Of a stretch of 64,000 bases of DNA, positions 30,305 through 38,023 are shown one piece after another. A program made the translations under genes and the position numbers. Every line of letters begins with the position of its first letter. Position 1 is the stretch's first letter. The stretch spans positions 877 through 64,876 of the forward strand of contig CABZXU010000007.1 of NCBI GenBank assembly GCA_902529805.1, in the 5' to 3' direction. The DNA is from an uncultured Marinoscillum sp. Its GTDB lineage: Bacteria > Bacteroidota > Bacteroidia > Cytophagales > MED-G16. The notes below the pieces were generated by a model that made no database searches, was not told the origin of the DNA, and worked only from the letters and a program-made list of their open reading frames with translations.

Positions 30305-31975
30305 ATGTGTGGAATATTTGCTTTATTTGATATAAATGATTCTCCTAATGATCTTATGAGAAAAAGATCTTTAGAAATGATCAAGTTAGTAAGACATAGA
30401 GGTCCTGATTGGTCTGGCATTTTCACTTCTCCTAATGCTATCTTAGCTCATGAGAGGTTATGTATTGTAGATATAAATTCAGGAAAACAACCTATAAAAT
30501 CTGAAAGTGAGGATATAATACTTTCAGTAAATGGTGAAATTTATAATCATAAAAACATTAGAAAAAATAAAAATATAAAATACAATTATCTTACTAATTC
30601 TGATTGTGAAGTTATTCTGTCACTATACCAAAATAAAGGTGTTAATTTTTTAAATGACTTGAATGGTATTTTTGCATTTGCTCTTTATGATGCGAAAAAA
30701 AATGAATACTTAATTGCTAGAGATCCTATTGGAGTCATTCCATTATATATTGGTTGGGATGAATATGACAATTTAAATGTTGCATCAGAGATGAAATCTC
30801 TTGTTAAATACTGTAAAAAAATAGAAGAGTTTCCTCCCGGACATTATTATTCAAGTAGAGATAAAAAATATACCAAATACTATAAAAAAGATTGGATGAG
30901 CTATAGTAATATTTCAGAAAATAAAACCTCTATCAGTTCTTTAAAACAAGCTCTTGAACAATCTGTAAAAAATCAGTTGATGTCAGATGTTCCTTTTGGC
31001 GTCCTTCTTTCAGGGGGATTAGACTCATCAATTATTGCTGCACTTGTGAAAAAGTTTTCTAAGAAAAGGATAGAATCTGATGATAAGAAAGATGCTTGGT
31101 GGCCACAAATACATTCTTTTGCAATTGGACTTGAAAACTCTCCTGACCTTGAAGCTTCCAGAGAGGCTGCAAATTATATTGGAACTGTTCACCATGAAAA
31201 AACCTTTACAATTCAAGAAGGTTTCGATGCAATAAGGGATGTGATTTATTTTCTTGAAACCTATGATGTTACAACAGTCAGAGCTTCGACTCCAATGTAT
31301 TTATTAGCAAGAATTATAAAATCTATGGGAATAAAAATGGTATTGTCAGGTGAAGGTGCTGATGAAATTTTTGGAGGATATCTTTATTTTCATAAGGCAC
31401 CAAATGCTAAAGAATTTCATGAAGAAACAGTAAGAAAATTGAATAAGTTACATTTATATGATTGTTTAAGGGCTAATAAATCAATGGCTGCGTGGGGTGT
31501 AGAGTGTAGAGTCCCATTTTTAGATAAAGATTTTCTAGATGTATCTATGGCTATAAACCCAAAAGACAAGATGATTGGATCAGAAAAAATGGAAAAATGG
31601 ATTTTAAGAAAAGCATTTGAAAATGAATTACCAAAAAATATTTTATGGAGACAAAAAGAACAGTTTTCTGATGGAGTAGGATATGGATGGATTGATTTTT
31701 TGAAAGAATATGTTGAATCAAATATATCTGATAAAGAATTTGATATAAGAAATAAAAAGTTTCCTATTAATACACCAAAGACAAAAGAAGAATATTATTA
31801 TAGAAATATCTTTGAGGAGTTTTATAAATCTAAATCTGCTATTAAAACTGTTCCTTCATCAAAATCTGTTGCTTGTAGTACAGAAGAAGCATTATTGTGG
31901 GATAAAGACTTTCAAAATCTTAATGATCCGTCTGGAAGAATTATATCTAATGTTCATAAAAAATCATATTTTTGA
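30305..31975 (+). CDS. asnB: asparagine synthase (glutamine-hydrolysing)
   Basis: MCGIF N-terminal nucleophile, and SGGLDSS pyrophosphatase loop (LLSGGLDSSIIAA); 556 aa. Confidence 0.92.
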   Translation: MCGIFALFDINDSPNDLMRKRSLEMIKLVRHRGPDWSGIFTSPNAILAHERLCIVDINSGKQPIKSESEDIILSVNGEIYNHKNIRKNKNIKYNYLTNSDCEVILSLYQNKGVNFLNDLNGIFAFALYDAKKNEYLIARDPIGVIPLYIGWDEYDNLNVASEMKSLVKYCKKIEEFPPGHYYSSRDKKYTKYYKKDWMSYSNISENKTSISSLKQALEQSVKNQLMSDVPFGVLLSGGLDSSIIAALVKKFSKKRIESDDKKDAWWPQIHSFAIGLENSPDLEASREAANYIGTVHHEKTFTIQEGFDAIRDVIYFLETYDVTTVRASTPMYLLARIIKSMGIKMVLSGEGADEIFGGYLYFHKAPNAKEFHEETVRKLNKLHLYDCLRANKSMAAWGVECRVPFLDKDFLDVSMAINPKDKMIGSEKMEKWILRKAFENELPKNILWRQKEQFSDGVGYGWIDFLKEYVESNISDKEFDIRNKKFPINTPKTKEEYYYRNIFEEFYKSKSAIKTVPSSKSVACSTEEALLWDKDFQNLNDPSGRIISNVHKKSYF

Positions 31976-32057
31976 TCAGTGAAAAATTATTTTGCTTTCT
32001 TATTATTATTTTTTTCTTTTAATTTATTTTCTCAAATATCATTACCAACTTTTCATG
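31939..32057 (+). repeat. direct repeat copy A: last ~37 nt of asnB, its stop, a GTG start and the signal-peptide/leader coding region
   Basis: Aligns by eye at about 85% identity with 32988-33106. Example: cataaaaaatcatatttttgatcagtgaaa versus cgataaaaaattatatttttgatatgtgaaa. The block ttttcttttaatttattttctcaaata is identical, followed by one mismatch (t vs g) and the identical block cattaccaactttt. Confidence 0.7.
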
Positions 32058-32971
32058 CTACCCAAAATCTAAAGTCAGTAGTTAATAATTTTCAAGTAGG
32101 TGATCCTTTAATTGTTGCTGGTGGTGGTGGTGGAGTTATTTATCAAGTTAACCCACATTCAGGAATGCATGCATCTATATCAGAAACTGGAAATAGTGGA
32201 AAAAATGGAACTGCTGGCGGTTCGAACGGCAATGGAGGAAGTTCTACTCGAGGAGGAGGGGGAGGAGGATTTCTGACTGATGGTGGACAGGATTCTAGAA
32301 GACCCGGAACTAAAGGAATAAGTTTTACTAATGGTGGTTTAGGAGGTAATGCGACTGATACAAATACAGGTGATGGAGGATTTGGAGGTGGAGGAGCTTC
32401 AATTCGAGTAAATAATAATATTGGTGATCAAGGTGCTGGAGGAGGAGGAGGTTACTCTGGAGGAGGAGGAGCGGGAGCAAATAATCAAAGTCACGGTGGT
32501 GGAGGTGGATCTTATAATAATGGAGCTAATCAAGTAAATGTGACTCATCCTAATGGAAATGTTGGACATGGAAAAGTTATTATAACTCAAGGTGGTTCGA
32601 CATGGACATTTACTACTTGTGGTGTGTCTGGAAGAACTGGACCCACTCAAAATCAATGTAACTCTTCTTATTCTGGTACTAATTTAACAGGAAATGTTAC
32701 TTTAGTTGATGGAATTCAACATTGGACTATTCCAGCTACTGCAACTTATACTATAAAAGCTTACGGAGCCTCTGGTGGCGATAATGGAAAAGACCCTAAT
32801 TGGAGTAGTTGTCCATATTTTTGTAGAGATGGGGGTCATGGTGCAATTATTCAAGGAGACTTTACTTTAGCTTCTGGTACAGTACTAAAAATACTTGTTG
32901 GTCATCACCCTGAAAATGTTAACTGGCTTAATGGAGGAGGAGGAGGAACCTTTGTAGTGTTATCAAATTAG
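31979..32971 (+). CDS. exported glycine-rich protein, ALK/LTK-type TNF-like/glycine-rich module in circularly permuted order
   Basis: GTG start 3 nt after the asnB stop, then a signal peptide. Residues ~41-203 look like the C-terminal half of the module (LIVAGGGGG ... GGFGGGG ... GGGGGYSGGG ... GHGKVIIT). Residues ~208-330 look like the N-terminal half (WTFTTCGVSGRTGPTQNQCNSSYSGTNL ... GIQHWTIPATATYTIKAYGASGG ... GTVLKILVG ... GGGGGTFVV). Confidence 0.75.
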   Translation: MKNYFAFLLLFFSFNLFSQISLPTFHATQNLKSVVNNFQVGDPLIVAGGGGGVIYQVNPHSGMHASISETGNSGKNGTAGGSNGNGGSSTRGGGGGGFLTDGGQDSRRPGTKGISFTNGGLGGNATDTNTGDGGFGGGGASIRVNNNIGDQGAGGGGGYSGGGGAGANNQSHGGGGGSYNNGANQVNVTHPNGNVGHGKVIITQGGSTWTFTTCGVSGRTGPTQNQCNSSYSGTNLTGNVTLVDGIQHWTIPATATYTIKAYGASGGDNGKDPNWSSCPYFCRDGGHGAIIQGDFTLASGTVLKILVGHHPENVNWLNGGGGGTFVVLSN

Positions 32972-32987
32972 TTATCTGTTATTTTCA

Positions 32988-33106
32988 AATTATATCAAAT
33001 TTCGATAAAAAATTATATTTTTGATATGTGAAACTTTATTTAATTCACTTATTATTATTATTTTCTTTTAATTTATTTTCTCAAATAGCATTACCAACTT
33101 TTTATG
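32988..33106 (+). repeat. direct repeat copy B: non-coding fossil of the asnB 3' end, then a GTG start and leader of the second glycine-rich gene
   Basis: See copy A. It retains an ...aaaaaattatatttttga... remnant of the asnB terminal codons and stop, just upstream of GTG 33028. Confidence 0.7.
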
Positions 33107-34011
33107 GAGCTTTAAGAGTATCAAATCAAAACCAGTTTCAAGGAACTTCTGCTACTTTTACAAATTGCGGTAAAACAGGTAAATTTGGTCCTTCTCAAGG
33201 AGATTGTAATTCTGAATATAGTGGAACAAACTTAGATGGGTTTGTTACCGTTTCTGGTGGTATTCAAGAATGGGAAGTTCCTGTAACCGGAACATACATC
33301 ATTACGGCATATGGAGCTCAAGGGGGTGGTCTTAGTGGGGGTAGTGATAGTGGAGGCAAAGGTGCTAAAATATCTGGAGAATTTAATTTAACTGCAGGAA
33401 CAGTATTAAAAATACTTGTAGGTCAGAAAGGTCTCACTGTTAATAAAGAAGCTTCTGGTGGTGGGGGAACTTTTGTAACTAAAAGTCCACATAATAATAA
33501 TGCTTCTATTCTTGTTGTAGCAGGTGGTGGTGGTGGTTCCTGGAATAACCATACAACTTCTCATGGTCAAGCAGGAGAATCAGGAAATGCTGGGTGTTGT
33601 GGTACTTCAAAAGGTCAAGGAGGATCAAATGGTAATGGAGGAGGTGGACAAGCTACATGTGCTTCAGATGGGGGAGCCGGTTTTTTTACTAATAATAATG
33701 TACTTACACATTGTGGTAATGGTGCTGAAAGAGAAGCTTTTGCATATGTTAATGGTGGAAGAGGTGGTCAAAATTATTGGTGTAGTGGCGCTGTTGGTGG
33801 TTTTGGTGGAGGAGGAGGAACAGCAAGATGTGCAGGTAATACTTATACTGGAGGAGGAGGAGGAGGATATTCAGGAGGAGGAATGGATTATCCTTATCAA
33901 AATGGTACACCAGGAGGAGCTGGAGGAGCTGGATCTAAAAATAATGGTAGCAATGCTACAAATGTCTCTGGGAATAATCCAGGCCATGGAAAAGTAGAAA
34001 TATCATGGTAA
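33028..34011 (+). CDS. exported glycine-rich protein, canonical-order ALK/LTK-type TNF-like + glycine-rich (polyglycine-II) module
   Basis: GTG start and a signal peptide. The ordered motifs are TFTNCGKTGKFGPSQGDCNSEYSGTNL, GIQEWEVPVTGTYIITAYGAQGG, GTVLKILVGQKG, SGGGGTFV, LVVAGGGGGS, GGFGGGGG, GGGGGGYSGGG and GHGKVEISW. Confidence 0.8.
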   Translation: MKLYLIHLLLLFSFNLFSQIALPTFYGALRVSNQNQFQGTSATFTNCGKTGKFGPSQGDCNSEYSGTNLDGFVTVSGGIQEWEVPVTGTYIITAYGAQGGGLSGGSDSGGKGAKISGEFNLTAGTVLKILVGQKGLTVNKEASGGGGTFVTKSPHNNNASILVVAGGGGGSWNNHTTSHGQAGESGNAGCCGTSKGQGGSNGNGGGGQATCASDGGAGFFTNNNVLTHCGNGAEREAFAYVNGGRGGQNYWCSGAVGGFGGGGGTARCAGNTYTGGGGGGYSGGGMDYPYQNGTPGGAGGAGSKNNGSNATNVSGNNPGHGKVEISW

Positions 34012-34018
34012 GAATATA

Positions 34019-36028
34019 TTAATTATTATCAGGTAGTGTGCTATATCTTTTTGCATATTCAATCATTTGTATTGCAAAACTTTCAGGTTGTTCTACTTTA
34101 ATATCTATAATTTCACCTTTATCATCTAATTCAGGAGTGAGAACTGGATTGATAAATCCACTATATGGAGCTGAAGTAAATTTTTCATTTCTTTTAAGGA
34201 TTTCTTTGTGTAGTTCTTGATCTATTTTTACTCCATAATTTTCAATTAAACTTTTTCCTGCTTCATAATCTCCTTCAGATTTAATCCTTTGGATTTCTCT
34301 TAAAAGCTCTCCAAATAAATCTCTTAATTTTTCATAATCGTTAATAACAAAATAAGTTTTATCATTTTCAACTATCTTTTCTATAACATTATCACTAAGT
34401 CCTTTTTCATAAACCCACTTGGAAACAGTTTGTCTATTTCTCATATGTGCTTGTTCTAAATCGTTACCAAGTTTGATTCTAATTAGCTGAGTCATTAACC
34501 CATTTCTTATATAACCATCATAACTTGTCCTACCCATATCTTTTGATGAAGGTGATATTCCGAGCTCTTCCATTTTTTTATCAACTATGAAATATAAGCC
34601 TACAAGATCTGCTCTAGCTTCTTCTAGAGATGATGCATAATTTTTTAATGTTTCTTTAGGTGTTCCAACCCCTTCAACTATTTGTCCACTAGCATGACCT
34701 ATAACTTCATGGAGTGCGGTATGAAGGTTATCTGCGTCTTTTCCATATTTTTTTTCTAATTCAATTTCTTCTTTGCTATATGCAAACTCTTCTAACCTAC
34801 CTGAGCTGCCTGCATTTCCGTAAGCATATAGTATATTTCCAAGGGATATTGACTTTGATCCATGATTTGCTCTAATCCAATTTGCATTAGGTAAATTAAT
34901 TCCAATTGGAGTTGAAGGTGATGCATCACCAGCTTCACCTGCTACGTTTACTGTGTTATAAGAAATACCTACAACATTCTTTTTCTTATGAGCATCCATA
35001 ATCGTTGAATTGTCTTCAAACCATTGAGCTTCACCAGAAATAGCTGACATTTTTTTGCTCATTTCAAAATCCTTTATTTGAACAACAGATTCATATGAGC
35101 CTCTATACCCTTTTGGATCATTATATACCTCTATGAATCCATTTATATAATCAACATCTCCATCTGTAGTTTCCACCCATGCAACATTGTAATCATCCCA
35201 AATTTTTAGATCACCAGTTTCATAATATTTAACAAGTAAATCTAAAGCATCAGCTTGTTTTTTGTTTTCAGCATATTTTTTTGCTAATTCAAGGTTATCA
35301 ATAATTTTTTCTATAGACTCACTATACATACCTCCCTTTTTCCAAACTTTTTCTTTCAAAACGCCATCCTCTTTTACAAGTTTAGAGTTTAATCCAAGTG
35401 ATATGGGTTTATTAGAATCTGGAACTTTAATATTATTATAGAAATTATCAACATCTTCCTCTGTAACATCTGAACCATAAAAATTAACTGAAGATCCGAG
35501 AACAATTCCTTTACTCTTATTTTTATTAACCTTTTTAGAATCAACGTCATTAAATATTAAATCAAATACTTCATCATTTAATTTGGTATTGGTTTCATCC
35601 ATTAAATTTTTTAAATATTCTACAGAAAAATCAGGGTCAAATTTATCATTTGAATAGTGATGATGAATTCCATTAGAAAACCATATTCGTTTTAAATATA
35701 TCTTAAAAGATTCCCATCTTTTATCATTTTTATCACCATTATAGATCAAATAAATATTTTCTAGGGCTCTTCTTATTTTTAAATTGTGCCTGTAATTCTG
35801 ATCATACATTATATCTCTTCCATAAAGTCCAGCTTCAGTCAAATAATAGACGAACTTTTTTTGATTTAAAGTTAATTTATCAAAACCTGGAATTTTATAT
35901 CTTAAAATTTTTAAATCAGAAAATTGCTCTGAAAAATGAGAAAACTCACTTTTTTCTTCTTGACTGATATTACAAGAAAATATTAAAAAAAAGATAACAA
36001 ATGAGAAAACTAATTTTTTTGATTTCAT
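34019..36028 (-). CDS. dipeptidyl-peptidase III-like metallopeptidase (family M49), exported
   Basis: HEVIGH zinc motif and downstream EEARADLVGLY second motif. Signal/lipoprotein N-terminus (FLIFSC); 669 aa. Confidence 0.85.
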   Translation of the reverse strand: MKSKKLVFSFVIFFLIFSCNISQEEKSEFSHFSEQFSDLKILRYKIPGFDKLTLNQKKFVYYLTEAGLYGRDIMYDQNYRHNLKIRRALENIYLIYNGDKNDKRWESFKIYLKRIWFSNGIHHHYSNDKFDPDFSVEYLKNLMDETNTKLNDEVFDLIFNDVDSKKVNKNKSKGIVLGSSVNFYGSDVTEEDVDNFYNNIKVPDSNKPISLGLNSKLVKEDGVLKEKVWKKGGMYSESIEKIIDNLELAKKYAENKKQADALDLLVKYYETGDLKIWDDYNVAWVETTDGDVDYINGFIEVYNDPKGYRGSYESVVQIKDFEMSKKMSAISGEAQWFEDNSTIMDAHKKKNVVGISYNTVNVAGEAGDASPSTPIGINLPNANWIRANHGSKSISLGNILYAYGNAGSSGRLEEFAYSKEEIELEKKYGKDADNLHTALHEVIGHASGQIVEGVGTPKETLKNYASSLEEARADLVGLYFIVDKKMEELGISPSSKDMGRTSYDGYIRNGLMTQLIRIKLGNDLEQAHMRNRQTVSKWVYEKGLSDNVIEKIVENDKTYFVINDYEKLRDLFGELLREIQRIKSEGDYEAGKSLIENYGVKIDQELHKEILKRNEKFTSAPYSGFINPVLTPELDDKGEIIDIKVEQPESFAIQMIEYAKRYSTLPDNN

Positions 36029-36144
36029 AATTTTTTTTTAGCAAATATAATTTTTTTAATCTTTTTTAAGTTTATTATATTTTAAATAAAAAAAATAATT
36101 TGTACATTTATGATTATACAGTATTAACCAAAAATTTAAAAATT

Positions 36145-36540
36145 ATGAAAAATTATTTATTTACAATATTTATTGTAGTGTTTATGGCAAGTAGTTGTAC
36201 AGTTACTCGTCAATTTTATGAATTTCAACATCATGGAACAACTTCAATTAAGACAGATTCTGATTATAAATATGTTGCAAGAAATGTTATGGGTAAAGCT
36301 AAAACAACAATTAAATTAAGTGCATGGAAAAAAATGAAACAAAGTGTTGTTTCAGATGGGATGTTAGCTGATGCGAAAAGAGAGTTACCAGCTCTAAAAG
36401 ATAATCAGGCTTTTGCTAATTTATCAATTGATGTTCTTAGAACTGAAACAGGTTCTGCTGCTGGTGCTAGTGGTATAAGTATTAAGGAAATTGTAATTGA
36501 AGTTATTGTTAGTGCAGATATTATAGAGTATACAAACTAA
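36145..36540 (+). CDS. hypothetical lipoprotein
   Basis: Start moved to MKNYLFTIFIVVFMASSC (lipobox). 131 aa, no family recognised. Confidence 0.5.
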   Translation: MKNYLFTIFIVVFMASSCTVTRQFYEFQHHGTTSIKTDSDYKYVARNVMGKAKTTIKLSAWKKMKQSVVSDGMLADAKRELPALKDNQAFANLSIDVLRTETGSAAGASGISIKEIVIEVIVSADIIEYTN

Positions 36541-36574
36541 TCATATATACCATTTTTTATTATTAAAATCCAAT

Positions 36575-37201
36575 ATGATTAAATATCTGTTAGAATTATT
36601 CCTTTCTCTATTTTTTTTACATATTAGTTTTATTTCTTTTTCTCAAATTAAAGTAGTTGAACGCTCACACACAAATGTATCTTTAGTTGGAAAGATAAGT
36701 CATACTGCAGCTTTTCAAACTGGTGGTCTTTCAAGAAAATTACCTACTGCTGATGCCTTAAAAGTAATTATTGATGAAGATATAGATGCATATAAACATG
36801 AAAACTATACCAACAATTTAAGAAAAGAGGCAAATGATACTTATAAATCTGTAGGTGTTAGAGGTATGGCTTGGGCTGCTGGTGAAGAGTTTTCAGCAAG
36901 TTTATTACATTTCAAGGATAGAGATAAATTTTTACTAAGCTTTCAGAATAGCTCATATAATTATCAAATGGAAAGTTTTTGGCTATCTGAACAAACTAAA
37001 ATGGATTTACATGAACTAATTAAGGGAGAATTAGAAGAGAAAATTAAATTTAAGCAAATCGAGGTAATATTAGATAATAATATTGTATTAGTACTTTCCA
37101 TTAATAAAAAGAAGGTGAGTTTAAATTTTTGGGATGGATATAATTGGGTTCAAAGTTATTGGTATAGACTTTTTAAGATAAACAATCTATTTGGTGAATA
37201 G
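36575..37201 (+). CDS. hypothetical exported protein
   Basis: Signal peptide ending ISFSQ. 208 aa, no family recognised. Confidence 0.5.
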   Translation: MIKYLLELFLSLFFLHISFISFSQIKVVERSHTNVSLVGKISHTAAFQTGGLSRKLPTADALKVIIDEDIDAYKHENYTNNLRKEANDTYKSVGVRGMAWAAGEEFSASLLHFKDRDKFLLSFQNSSYNYQMESFWLSEQTKMDLHELIKGELEEKIKFKQIEVILDNNIVLVLSINKKKVSLNFWDGYNWVQSYWYRLFKINNLFGE

Positions 37202-37268
37202 AATAAAATATTGCTTTAAAAAACTTCATATTTAAATCTACAAACATCTAAAAAAATAAGTTGAATTA

Positions 37269-37964
37269 TTAGCTCATCAATTGAATTATGGAATAGCAAG
37301 CAATAATGCTTGCTGTTTCTGTTTTTAAGGTATTTTTTCCTAAACTAATGCTTTTAAATTTCTTTTTATGGGCATCTATAATTTCATTTGAAGAGAAATC
37401 TCCCTCTGGTCCTATCAAAATTGTATAGGTTTTGTTTATTTTAAAAATAGTTTTTATTGTTTTGTTTTCCTTATCCATATGGGCAATGAACTTTTCACCA
37501 CTTTTATTAAAATTTTTAAGGAAATTTTGATATGAAGTTATTTCTTCAATTTTTAATTTTTTAAAAGAATTAGATTGTTTCATAGAAGCAATAGAAATCT
37601 TTTCTAGTCTATCCAATTTTATTTTTCTCCTTTCGGAGTGTTGGCTATAAATAAAAGTTACTTTGTCAACACCTATCTCGGATATTTTTTCAATCATCCA
37701 TTCGGATTTTTCAATACGTTTTGGAGGGGCAACTACTAGATGTATTTTATATTTAGATTTTTTACTAAGTAATTTTTTTACTTTTCTCAGTGAACAAGCT
37801 TCTAAGTTTTCATCATCAATTATTGCTGAGAATAAATTACCTTTTCCATCAGTTAAATGTATTAATTGATCTTTTTTACATCTTAGTACTTTTAAGCAAT
37901 GAAAAGACTCTTCTTTTGAAAGTATTGCTTTGTTTGTAATATCTGGTAGATAAAATAATTGCAT
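37269..37964 (-). CDS. rsmE: 16S rRNA (uracil1498-N3)-methyltransferase RsmE
   Basis: MQLFYLPDI N-terminus and C-terminal ILIGPEGDFSSNEI ... LGKNTLKTETA motif; 231 aa. Confidence 0.85.
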   Translation of the reverse strand: MQLFYLPDITNKAILSKEESFHCLKVLRCKKDQLIHLTDGKGNLFSAIIDDENLEACSLRKVKKLLSKKSKYKIHLVVAPPKRIEKSEWMIEKISEIGVDKVTFIYSQHSERRKIKLDRLEKISIASMKQSNSFKKLKIEEITSYQNFLKNFNKSGEKFIAHMDKENKTIKTIFKINKTYTILIGPEGDFSSNEIIDAHKKKFKSISLGKNTLKTETASIIACYSIIQLMS

Positions 37965-38023
37965 TAATAATAAATAAGTTCTAATTTAATAATTAAAATA
38001 ATTTTTAACCCATAATTGTTACT

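Noticed and set aside
33524-33997. 157-aa same-strand, out-of-frame ORF inside the second glycine-rich gene (and 32399-32656, antisense to the first)
   Set aside because: Their translations are low-complexity V/E/M-rich or S-rich strings, produced by reading the GGN-GGN codon runs in another frame or on the other strand. The annotated frame has a signal peptide and conserved non-Gly motifs. These are frame artefacts of the Gly repeats.
31979-34011. The two glycine-rich ORFs as one frameshifted or read-through gene
   Set aside because: Gene 1 ends at a TAG. 56 nt of AT-rich spacer follows, which is homologous to the asnB tail and contains stops in every frame. Gene 2 is in a different frame and begins with its own complete signal peptide. 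Two separate genes is the simpler reading.
30193-37964. A genomic island integrated at tRNA-Lys, suggested by the locally higher G+C around 32100-34000
   Set aside because: There is no integrase, transposase, direct repeat of the tRNA 3' end, or phage or plasmid gene. The first gene after the tRNA is housekeeping asnB. The G+C rise is fully explained by Gly (GGN) codon density.
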